Source: Tannerella sp.
Lineage (GTDB): Bacteria; Bacteroidota; Bacteroidia; Bacteroidales; Tannerellaceae
Direction of reading: 5' to 3'
Assembly (NCBI GenBank): GCA_031272155.1
Contig: JAISUI010000103.1
Location: 71-64,070, forward strand
DNA: 64,000 nt
Made by a program: the position numbers and the translations under genes. The notes beneath the pieces are model-generated. The model worked only from the letters and a program-made list of their open reading frames with translations. It searched no databases and had not been told where the DNA came from. Each line of letters opens with the position of its first letter. The stretch's first letter is position 1. Positions 40,972 through 49,700 of the stretch are shown here, one piece after another.

Positions 40972-42312
40972 TTATTCAATTTTAAAATTAGGATCTTTTC
41001 TTAATGATCGTACAGAAGGTTTCGATTCTTTTTTCTGATTTTCAATAGATTCCATTTCAATCTTAAAATCAGGATCTTTTGTCAATTTCTGCACGGATTG
41101 TTTTGTTTCATGTCGAAGCATCTGCTTCTTCACTTTCCGACTGCTGGAACGCACTTTCTTATAGTACGGATAGGAATCATACATCGGATAATACGTATCC
41201 AAACCGAGTTCCCTCAACAAGGCAAGGCCTCTTTCGCCGGAGCATCGCAAGTCGTCCACACCTGTATAGTCATCCAGCGATAATTTACATAAACCCATAA
41301 GATACAGGGCGTCTTCATTTCTCCAATCGTAATAAAGCGCTGTATTACAATCTTCTATCGCTTGATACAGATAATCCCGCAACACATTTGCACAAGCCCG
41401 GCGAATGTAGATATCGGCATTCCGGCAACCTCTGTAAATAGCCAGGTCATATTGTATAACCGCTTCATTATACAATTCCCTGTCCATCAACTCATCTCCT
41501 TTCCGTATGAGTGACTGGATACTGGCATCCGGGCAATCCTCATAGGCAGCGTACCGGTATCTGTACTTAGATCTGGAAATGGGATAATCTGCGACGCCAC
41601 TTCCCCGTTTCACTGTAAAATTTGTGACGGAAATTTGCGCGGCAGAGCCTACCATAATAGTGATACTTTTAATTCCGCCTACATTCGCCCATTCTCCAAT
41701 CACTTTGTTGGCCACACTTACGGAAACATTCCCGTAATTCTGTGCAATTCGGACTTCCCCGTTCGGGATATGGTCCGAAATGGAATTTTTCCAGCCCTCA
41801 TCGTTTACATTCTCACGGTATTTCGTACCGTAATAACCCTTGAGCGCACAATACCAAACCTTATTGTCAAGGACGCTCCCGTCCAATCCGTACAGTTCAA
41901 TGTGCATCCCCCAGTGGATGCCGTCTTCATGCCATTGTTCCTTAAATTTACCGCTCTTCTTCTTTCCATAGACCTTATACTTGAATGAATAGGGATTGGC
42001 ATGTTCATTCTTCAGATTGAAGGTCACTTCATAAGGATCCGTTTCTTTCCAGTTCATGTCCATCACAGCATTACGGAAATCAATGGTGCCGTTTTTTACA
42101 TGGGTCTCACTTGCAGCATTTTGGTTTGCAATCCTTAGTTGTTGCAACGAACCGGAAAGGACGTAGAGATCATGGTCTATCTTCCAGGGGCCAAAATCCT
42201 GCGTAACATCTTCCCATCTCATACTCCGCTGAGCATTGGCCCAATTTACAAAAAGACACATTATCCCTAAGAGCATCCCCGCTCTTAAACACACAATTGT
42301 AATTCTCTTCAT
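40972..42312 (-). CDS. Exported protein: unknown beta-rich N-terminal domain + TPRs
   Basis: Signal peptide (ANA-QR), TPR helices in the C-terminal half, duplicated KDPxFKIE tail. Confidence 0.75.
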   Translation of the reverse strand: MKRITIVCLRAGMLLGIMCLFVNWANAQRSMRWEDVTQDFGPWKIDHDLYVLSGSLQQLRIANQNAASETHVKNGTIDFRNAVMDMNWKETDPYEVTFNLKNEHANPYSFKYKVYGKKKSGKFKEQWHEDGIHWGMHIELYGLDGSVLDNKVWYCALKGYYGTKYRENVNDEGWKNSISDHIPNGEVRIAQNYGNVSVSVANKVIGEWANVGGIKSITIMVGSAAQISVTNFTVKRGSGVADYPISRSKYRYRYAAYEDCPDASIQSLIRKGDELMDRELYNEAVIQYDLAIYRGCRNADIYIRRACANVLRDYLYQAIEDCNTALYYDWRNEDALYLMGLCKLSLDDYTGVDDLRCSGERGLALLRELGLDTYYPMYDSYPYYKKVRSSSRKVKKQMLRHETKQSVQKLTKDPDFKIEMESIENQKKESKPSVRSLRKDPNFKIE

Positions 42313-42625
42313 AAAAATGTTGTTGTGCCTTTCCGTTCCCTCGTTAGGCTGTTAATAATTCTTTTTATTCATACTTGGATGTACGCGTGGGAACCGTTAA
42401 TATATCGCAATTTACTCATAAATAATATATTAAAACGCATACATGCTATTACTTGTCTTTTCCCGAAATCCATCTATTACAATGATCAAAAAATGCGGGA
42501 CAAAGATAAATAAAAAAAATAATATTATGCAATTTTGTTTGTTTTTTTTACTGCTAAAGCGAAAAAAAAATGTATTTGGCATATTTTCACTGAATTACAC
42601 ATAAAAGTTTTTTTTATGCGATTTT

Positions 42626-43090
42626 TCAATGTGATGATACGGTTAGCGTATGGTAGTCCGGAATTTCCTTCAAGTATTCGCAGGTCGCAGTTTCGTAATG
42701 GAGCCGGCAGCAGTAGTGTTCCAATCCATTACTGACAATCAGATAATTAACCCGTAACACAAGATTATACCGCGCGATCTGTTCAAATACTTCCTGCGTA
42801 ATGCTGACCGTCGGCGCCTTATATTCCACGATGGCCAACGGTTCGATATAGCGGTTATAGACAACCGTATCGCATCGTTTCGATTGATGATTTAATGATA
42901 CAGTGACTTCGTTGGCTACCAGTTCGCGAGGATAATTTTTCTCCACAATAAGGTAGTTTACAAAACATTGACGCACCCATTCCTCCGGCGTCAGCGCCAC
43001 TTCTTTTCGCCGCAAAGGGTCGAAAATAAAATTTTTTCCGTTTCTTTGCGTCACTTTTGGCTTGTAATTTGGCAAATTTAATGTCAGCAT
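42626..43090 (-). CDS. HsdR N-terminal domain-containing protein (stand-alone PD-(D/E)xK-like)
   Basis: LNLP, IFDPLRRK.V.LTPEEWVRQ, RCDTVV, VEYKAP, QIARYN, SNGL.H. Confidence 0.9.
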   Translation of the reverse strand: MLTLNLPNYKPKVTQRNGKNFIFDPLRRKEVALTPEEWVRQCFVNYLIVEKNYPRELVANEVTVSLNHQSKRCDTVVYNRYIEPLAIVEYKAPTVSITQEVFEQIARYNLVLRVNYLIVSNGLEHYCCRLHYETATCEYLKEIPDYHTLTVSSH

Positions 43091-43165
43091 TTCTTATCTT
43101 TGCTTCCTGAATTTGTTCCAAAGATAACAGGTTTGTAGAAACTAAACAAGAAATTGTTGAAAAAA

Positions 43166-44254
43166 ATGGCAAAAAAGACTCATACATACGAAGATATATG
43201 CAACGATATCAGGGCGCGGAAATTTGCGCCCGTTTACTTCCTGATGGGCGAAGAACCGTATTTTATTGATAAAATCACGGATTTATTGCTCGAAACAGTG
43301 CTGAGCGAAGACGAACGCGACTATAACCAGTTTATTTTTTATGGTGCGGATTCGACAACGATTGATGTGTTCAATGCCGTGCGACGTTGTCCAATGATGT
43401 CTGAATACCAGCTTGTTGTTGTCCGTGAAGCGCAGTCTATCAATTCGAGGGGAGCGAAGTCGGATGACGATGATGAATCGGGAAGTAGCAAATCACAAAA
43501 GAAGGGCGATCTGGAATTATTGGCAAATTATGTTGAAAATCCATTGAAAACAACGATTTTAGTCGTCAATTACAAGTATGGCGCGATAGACCGGCGGAGA
43601 AAATTGGCTGTAGCAGTGGAAAAAAATGGAATCCTCTTTGAATCAAAAAAAATCCCTGATTATGAGTTGAATAAATATATTGCCTCGGTTTTGAAACAGC
43701 GCTCAATAGAGGCCGATACCAAGGTTATCGCCATGCTGGGAGAATATCTGGGTAGCGATTTAGCGCTGTTGGACAAAGAGTTGGAAAAACTCCTCATTCT
43801 GATATCCGGCCAACCGGTGAAACGCATTACTCCTGAAATTGTTGAAAAATACATCGGTATCAGCAAGGATTTCAATAACTTTGAATTGAAATCGGCTATT
43901 GCTGCTAAAGACGTGCTGAAAGCCAACCGGATCATCAAACACTTTGGGAAAAACCCTAAAAATCATCCCATACAGGGTATATTGCCCGTTTTGTTTGATT
44001 ATTTTTCAAACCTGATGATTTGCCATTACTCTAAAGATCGCTCTGAAAGGGCTTTGATGAGTTTGCTAAATTTCTATACTCCGATTCAGATAAGGGACTA
44101 TATGACAGGCTTAAGGAAATATTCGCCCATGAAAGTGTATGAAATAATCCATGAGATACGCATGGCCGACGCCCGTTCCAAAGGAATAGAGGCGACTTCA
44201 TCGTTGACGGACGATGAAAACATGAAAGAACTACTGTATAAGATCCTGCATTAA
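43166..44254 (+). CDS. holA: DNA polymerase III delta subunit
   Basis: PVYFLMGEEPYFID, PMMSEYQLVVVREAQ, IGISKDFNNFEL, DARSKG. Confidence 0.93.
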   Translation: MAKKTHTYEDICNDIRARKFAPVYFLMGEEPYFIDKITDLLLETVLSEDERDYNQFIFYGADSTTIDVFNAVRRCPMMSEYQLVVVREAQSINSRGAKSDDDDESGSSKSQKKGDLELLANYVENPLKTTILVVNYKYGAIDRRRKLAVAVEKNGILFESKKIPDYELNKYIASVLKQRSIEADTKVIAMLGEYLGSDLALLDKELEKLLILISGQPVKRITPEIVEKYIGISKDFNNFELKSAIAAKDVLKANRIIKHFGKNPKNHPIQGILPVLFDYFSNLMICHYSKDRSERALMSLLNFYTPIQIRDYMTGLRKYSPMKVYEIIHEIRMADARSKGIEATSSLTDDENMKELLYKILH

Positions 44255-44790
44255 CGATTTTCCTCTCCGGATAATTCCAACAGCACTGACATTCTGTCAG
44301 TGTACGCCATTCCATTTTCTATCTTTTGCATAAATATTCAGTTGCATTTTAGCAATCGCAATCCAATATATTTTGTTCCATTGTATATAAATATATATTC
44401 ATATACACAATAATAAATATATACTCATCGTATAAATTATATTTATATACCGCCCAAAAACTCTGTGATCATTAGCCTATTTTCTTTTATATATTACATC
44501 AAAATATTTATAATCAGTATTTTACATCAAAAATATAAAGTGATTGTTTAAGAATTTGCGTTACGGATATGCCCGAAATACTCTAAAATGGCCTTTATTT
44601 CGACATTTATTTGTATATATATTTACTTATAACCAGATAATTATATCATTTTATTAAAGTGATACTTTATATCAATATTTTATCTATTCACGACTTTGAT
44701 TTGTCTAAGTATATATTTATATATTTATACGGTATATAATTATACACAAAATAAATATACAAAATATTTTGTTTGTATCAAAATTGTGTT

Positions 44791-44798
44791 TACATTTG
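44791..44798 (+). promoter_or_regulatory. -7 promoter box TACATTTG for the XRE gene
   Basis: TAnnTTTG with TTTG about 20 nt upstream. Confidence 0.55.
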
Positions 44799-44893
44799 TA
44801 TATCGTTTGGTGCATATTCAAAAAACGGACAAAATGGCATTTATTTAAGCGATATTTTTTAAGGAATGATTGAAAATTAAAAAACTGAGTTGT

Positions 44894-45364
44894 ATGGAAG
44901 AACGGGAACGAATTATCCAGATTATGGAGGCGAAAAAACTTTCGCCTACGAAATTTGCCGATGAAATCGGCGTACAGAAGGCGATTATATCGCATATAAC
45001 ATCCAATGTGAATGAGGCAAGCAAGAATGTCATAAAAAAGATTCTGCAGCGCTACCCTGATATTAGTCCCGACTGGCTACTGTTGGGTGTGGGAGAGATG
45101 CGGCGCGGCGTACACTCCCCTGCCCCGCCGCCGGATGGAGAACCGGATTTATTTGACTCGCCTCCGTCGCCTGTACCATCTACGGCAAAAATTTTGCCGA
45201 AAAAATCGCAGTCTCCGGAGGTTATTTCAGCTCTTGTTTCGCCTCAAAATCCACATACAAAGCCGGTTATGCCATCCGGAAAACCGGAACGGAAAATTGA
45301 ACGAATAATGATTTTCTATTCGGACAGGACATTCGAGACGTGCGTACCGGAAAAAGATAGTTGA
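44894..45364 (+). CDS. XRE-family HTH protein (conserved Bacteroidetes type)
   Basis: RIIQIM..LSPTKFADEIGVQKAIISHI, DWLLLG.GEM, C-terminal KIERIMIFYSD.TFE. Confidence 0.88.
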   Translation: MEERERIIQIMEAKKLSPTKFADEIGVQKAIISHITSNVNEASKNVIKKILQRYPDISPDWLLLGVGEMRRGVHSPAPPPDGEPDLFDSPPSPVPSTAKILPKKSQSPEVISALVSPQNPHTKPVMPSGKPERKIERIMIFYSDRTFETCVPEKDS

Positions 45365-45982
45365 TTAAATCATTCCATGTTCGACGAGTACAACCACTCG
45401 CTCCGTCAGGGAATCTTTTCCTTTCGGGTCGTATTCGCTTTTAAGGCTGGCGCCAAACAGGCCGGCAAAGAGATTCCAGAATCCTGCGCGAAAACTGCCC
45501 AAGTAGGCAGATAAAATACGATAGCTCGATTGATTGCACTCGCGGTCAATCAGTTTGATGAGCAGTTTACCTTGTGAAAGCGTCAATTTCTTCAACACCG
45601 GCTTGTATTCCTTGAACAGTTCTTTCTCCATACGTTTCAAATGTGCATCGCGCGCCTTGTCGTCGGGCAAGGTTTCGATGTATTCATACGTTTCTATCAG
45701 CGTATTATATACCAACTTGGCATACGGAAGCGTTTTTTTGACATCGCGCACTAATTTGTTGTATTCCCGTTCTTCTTTAGCATTTTTGAACACCAATGGC
45801 GGATAAAAATAAACCGTCGGTAACTGCACTACGGGAATTGTATCGCCATTTTCCACGTATGCAGGCAGATAACCCTCAGGTGTTTGTAACTTGAAGGTTG
45901 GCGGCGACGGGGATTGCGCATAACTTTTCAGGCAAACCAGCGTACACCCTATGAGCCAAACAGTTATCCAATAACGTTTCAT
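45365..45982 (-). CDS. DUF4294 domain exported protein
   Basis: GDTIP..L..VY, VKKTLPYAK, SQGKLLIKLIDRE, LFGASLK.EYDP; start moved to ATG 45982. Confidence 0.88.
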   Translation of the reverse strand: MKRYWITVWLIGCTLVCLKSYAQSPSPPTFKLQTPEGYLPAYVENGDTIPVVQLPTVYFYPPLVFKNAKEEREYNKLVRDVKKTLPYAKLVYNTLIETYEYIETLPDDKARDAHLKRMEKELFKEYKPVLKKLTLSQGKLLIKLIDRECNQSSYRILSAYLGSFRAGFWNLFAGLFGASLKSEYDPKGKDSLTERVVVLVEHGMI

Positions 45983-46011
45983 AGCGAACCTGTCCATCGA
46001 AGGACGCAAAG

Positions 46012-46683
46012 TTATTTCTTCTTGATCTTTATTGATTTGATTTTGATATTTTTTAATGGCCTGTCGTTCGTGTCTGTTTGCACCATCTGGATTTTATCCA
46101 CGACTTTCATGCCCTTCACTACTTCGCCAAAGACCGTGTATGCGCCGTCAAGATGAGGTGCACCGCCGTCAATCATGTATGCCTGACGCTGTTCTTCCGT
46201 CAGTTTAATGTTTTGTTCGCGCTCCATCTTGCTCAATTCCCTTTCCGTGTAATGTTTACCGGTAACAATGTAAAATTGCGTAGCCGAAGAAGCCCGTTCG
46301 GGATTGACGTCGTCACCCGTACGTGCGGCGCACAGTTGCCCGCGTTTATGGAAATATTTCGGATAGACGATTTCGGCCGGAATCGTATAGTCCAAATCGC
46401 CGTCGCCCAATTTCTTATCCATCGGTGCATCTTTGGAATTGATATCGCCGGCCTGGATCATAAACAGCCGGATGACGCGATGGAAAAGCAAACCATTATA
46501 GCGCCCCTCAGTTACATTTTTAATGAAATTGTCACGATGTTGCGGCGTTTCGTTGTAGAGTTTGAGCGTGATTTTACCCATATCGGTGTCCATACGGACA
46601 ACCACTTCCCTACCCTGCCCGTAAATATTCATACTAAAGCCTGTAATACAGCATAATAGCGCGAAAAATACAACTCTTTTCAT
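46012..46683 (-). CDS. Cyclophilin-type peptidyl-prolyl cis-trans isomerase
   Basis: Signal peptide, TPQHRDNF, FHRVI, FMIQAGD, QFYIV, PHLDGAYTVFGEV. Confidence 0.95.
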   Translation of the reverse strand: MKRVVFFALLCCITGFSMNIYGQGREVVVRMDTDMGKITLKLYNETPQHRDNFIKNVTEGRYNGLLFHRVIRLFMIQAGDINSKDAPMDKKLGDGDLDYTIPAEIVYPKYFHKRGQLCAARTGDDVNPERASSATQFYIVTGKHYTERELSKMEREQNIKLTEEQRQAYMIDGGAPHLDGAYTVFGEVVKGMKVVDKIQMVQTDTNDRPLKNIKIKSIKIKKK

Positions 46684-46790
46684 CTTATTTACTTATTTAA
46701 AGATACACAATCTGGCAACAAATGTCGGAAATATGTTGGATATATGCAATATTATCGCCAAAGAATTTGTGCCATGCAATCCTTTATTTC

Positions 46791-48245
46791 TTATTTTTTC
46801 ATTATCAACTTGAACGATTCCGGTACTAACAGTTCCAGCCGCTGCATCACTTCGTTGCCGACCACCTGCCGTGAGAACGGGACGAAAACCGTTGTCTGTT
46901 CCTCTTTCCCAGGCGTGCGGCCGTATTTGAACGTATAGATGAGCGATCCGTCCCGGTCTAATTTATCGGCAGGCAATTCGGGTGAAGGCACAGAAATATA
47001 GGCATTTACGGAATTTGTCTGTTCTTCAGCGATCAACTGATCGCTGTTTCGCAACGCTTCGTAACATTCTTTGGCCGTAAAAAGCGCCGGGTCAATAAAT
47101 TCAAAATCTTCCGCGATCAATGGTTTATATATGAATTGACCATCCTTTTGGTAATTCCTTAATTCATTGATTGTTGCGTTGAGAGTATCCAGCAGGAACG
47201 GGTAATGCGTGCAGCCGAGAATAATACGTTTTAATGGAATCGTTTGACCGCTCAAACGATATTTCTCCATAAGCGAAACCAGATGGAATCGGGCGTAATT
47301 TCCTGAAGAATTGAGTTGTACGTGCAGCTTCCCGTCTGCAGACTGTTTTGTCAGCAGTGCATGGCCGGAGGTATCGAAATGATAGACGTCCAGCAGGGAC
47401 GGATTAATATCCGCTTCGCCTGCTCCGCACACCGGCCCCCGGTAGTTATCGCATACCTCAGTCAGGCTGCGGTCAGTGAAATCCTTCTCTCCGTCAACCG
47501 ATTCGGCAAATCCCCTACCCGACTGATTCACAACGATTATTTGACCTTTGAATCCCATTTCATCTTTCATTTTCAGAAGTGTTCGCTCATAGGCATTCGA
47601 GGCAATTGTGCCGGGCGTGGCCATGACGCCGATAGCATAATCTTTGTTTCTGTCCAAAGACGACAGGGCAGCATTCACACCGGCATTGATAACGCCAATC
47701 ACGCGGATGCCAGTCCCACTCTTTTGGAGCAGCGACGCAATGTCATTCAATCCGTAGGCAGTTGCCGTATTGCAGGCCACTACAATGATCTTGGATGGTC
47801 TGTCCTTGAGTAAAAACAAAGCGTCGCGGATAACTAATTCCCTCAGGTAATCACTTTTGTTTTCCGCCGCATAATTGCCGTATGGCATATTGGCTATGTC
47901 GCCCACATAATTAAAATTTTCATTAATAAAATCCGGAATTCCATCCGGATACTCAGCGCCGGTACTGTTGTCGTATTCATCGCACACAAGCAGTTTTTCC
48001 AACACTGTCAGGCCACCTGTTCCAGAATCGAAAACACCGATCGCAAGATTTTTACGCGCTTTCGGATAAGTTTTGAAATCCGTATAAAACATCGAAGATT
48101 TATCGGATAATGCCTTTGTAATGATAGGAATAACATCCTGCCTTTGCTGCGTTTTGGATGAACTGCACGATTGCAACAAACCTGACAGAATGATTCCGGT
48201 CAAGACCATTCCATGCGCTAAATTATTAATTTTCAATCTATTCAT
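46791..48245 (-). CDS. Asp/Glu racemase family lipoprotein (long MurI-like protein)
   Basis: Lipobox LQSC; IGVFDSGTGGLTV, MPYG, ACNTATA, LGCTHYP (both catalytic Cys present); start moved to ATG 48245. Confidence 0.85.
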   Translation of the reverse strand: MNRLKINNLAHGMVLTGIILSGLLQSCSSSKTQQRQDVIPIITKALSDKSSMFYTDFKTYPKARKNLAIGVFDSGTGGLTVLEKLLVCDEYDNSTGAEYPDGIPDFINENFNYVGDIANMPYGNYAAENKSDYLRELVIRDALFLLKDRPSKIIVVACNTATAYGLNDIASLLQKSGTGIRVIGVINAGVNAALSSLDRNKDYAIGVMATPGTIASNAYERTLLKMKDEMGFKGQIIVVNQSGRGFAESVDGEKDFTDRSLTEVCDNYRGPVCGAGEADINPSLLDVYHFDTSGHALLTKQSADGKLHVQLNSSGNYARFHLVSLMEKYRLSGQTIPLKRIILGCTHYPFLLDTLNATINELRNYQKDGQFIYKPLIAEDFEFIDPALFTAKECYEALRNSDQLIAEEQTNSVNAYISVPSPELPADKLDRDGSLIYTFKYGRTPGKEEQTTVFVPFSRQVVGNEVMQRLELLVPESFKLIMKK

Positions 48246-48597
48246 TGTTAATATAATTTTCTCTATTTTCTCAAAAACCTTAAACCACGTACCGTTGGAA
48301 TACAATTCGGGGCGTAGGCAGCAGAGGATATCGTCCATACTGCGATTTTTATTTCAGGGCAAAGTTACGGCTTTTTTATTGATTTCAAAATTTTTTCCTT
48401 GTTCCCAAAACGTATCCGCATCAAACCGTAGTTTGTTGCATTTGCTAATTGTACTTACGTTTCGCCGCCGGAATTGTAAATGCAACAATTGCTTGGCTGC
48501 CATACGCCCGTAAAAGCGGCGCAATGCAGTTCGTTGAATGTTATAATCGCCAAAAATAATCCTGTACGCACGCAAAGACGGCGTCAATCAGCGTTTC

Positions 48598-49422
48598 TCA
48601 AAAATCCCACCCACATTTAAATGATATTGCGTCGCTGTGAAACGTGCTGTTGTAGTATGAATTGATATATTGCCTCGAAAGCCCCAGACTGAAGAAGAAA
48701 CCGCCGCTGTTGCCGGTTGCGATCCTTAATCCGACGGAAGGCGCGAAATACACACCGGTATCATCATATACCGAATAGCCTAATTTGACGTCTGCAAATG
48801 GCGAGGCTTTACTGTCAATAAAATGACATCTGAAATGGGTAAAGACAGGTATTTCAAAAATACCATCATCCAGATTATCAACGTAGTGAAAGTAATGCAC
48901 TCCGACACCGCCGCCAAGAAAACAGTAGGGATTGAGAAAAAAACCGTGGGAGGTCGAAACCTCAAGCCGGTTAACGCCATTGTCGCCCGACTGCACGGAG
49001 TAGCCCAAATCAACAAAACCTTTGTATCCCATGTTGGGAAAGTAGTGATACTGCTTAAAACTATTGCCGTAATCATTTTGGACGTTACTGCGCTGTGATA
49101 AAGAACTGTGTCCATAATCCTCTCTTTCAGACTGTCTGGAAGTTTGAGGTCGCGTCGAACGCACTGGTCTGTTGTACTCGACATCGAGATCGAACGAGTC
49201 AATAGTCCCGTCCTCATATTTGATGCGCATAATATTCTCCTTCCGAATAGAGTATGCACGGCCAAGTGGCGCCTCATATTTACGGTACCACACTGCGTCA
49301 TCAGTGATTTTCACCACGATGGCTTCTATTTTCTTTCTGTCTTTCGTAGAAATTATATCCTGCGAAAATGCGCTGATGCCACTCAGGGCAAGCGCTAAAA
49401 TCATTAATACTTTCTTGTTCAT
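48598..49422 (-). CDS. Outer-membrane beta-barrel protein with small N-terminal domain
   Basis: Signal peptide (AFS-QD), QDII.TKD...I.A.V..I.......Y...I.YEDG module, YKGFVDLGY..STSHG barrel, terminal aromatic WDF. Confidence 0.75.
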   Translation of the reverse strand: MNKKVLMILALALSGISAFSQDIISTKDRKKIEAIVVKITDDAVWYRKYEAPLGRAYSIRKENIMRIKYEDGTIDSFDLDVEYNRPVRSTRPQTSRQSEREDYGHSSLSQRSNVQNDYGNSFKQYHYFPNMGYKGFVDLGYSVQSGDNGVNRLEVSTSHGFFLNPYCFLGGGVGVHYFHYVDNLDDGIFEIPVFTHFRCHFIDSKASPFADVKLGYSVYDDTGVYFAPSVGLRIATGNSGGFFFSLGLSRQYINSYYNSTFHSDAISFKCGWDF

Positions 49423-49472
49423 TCTTATTTATTTTATATGATTATCGTATATTCGACCCGATTTTGCATCAC

Positions 49473-49618
49473 GGCATCCTATCGGGATGCCTCGCTCGGT
49501 AGAAACAGGAATCGTACCCATCTTCCCTGCATCCTGTGAGGATGCATCCCCAGCGGGATGCAATGTAAAGAAGGCATTATTCATCTCTACTGAGCGCTGC
49601 AATTCTAACGGATTGCAG
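49473..49618. repeat. REP/BIME-like palindromic element
   Basis: Four GCATCC/GGATGC-type hairpins; the two middle ones are bracketed by inverted repeats CGCTCGGTAGA (49493-49503) and TCTACTGAGCG (49586-49596). Confidence 0.75.
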
Positions 49619-49700
49619 ATTTGCTGCCTTTGGGCGTTATATACATATTCATGTTCATTCTACTTTTTTCAAAAAACGACTCGCTTGCTTGTACAACAAC

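Noticed and set aside
42626-43090. HsdR N-terminal protein as a type I restriction system
   Set aside because: No helicase, hsdM or hsdS; a stand-alone gene divergent from holA is a typical Bacteroidetes core arrangement
48246-48367. Riboswitch in the racemase leader
   Set aside because: About 110-nt leader with no recognisable aptamer or convincing stems by eye
49473-49618. Palindromic repeats as a CRISPR array
   Set aside because: Units are degenerate, overlapping and irregularly spaced; no cas genes
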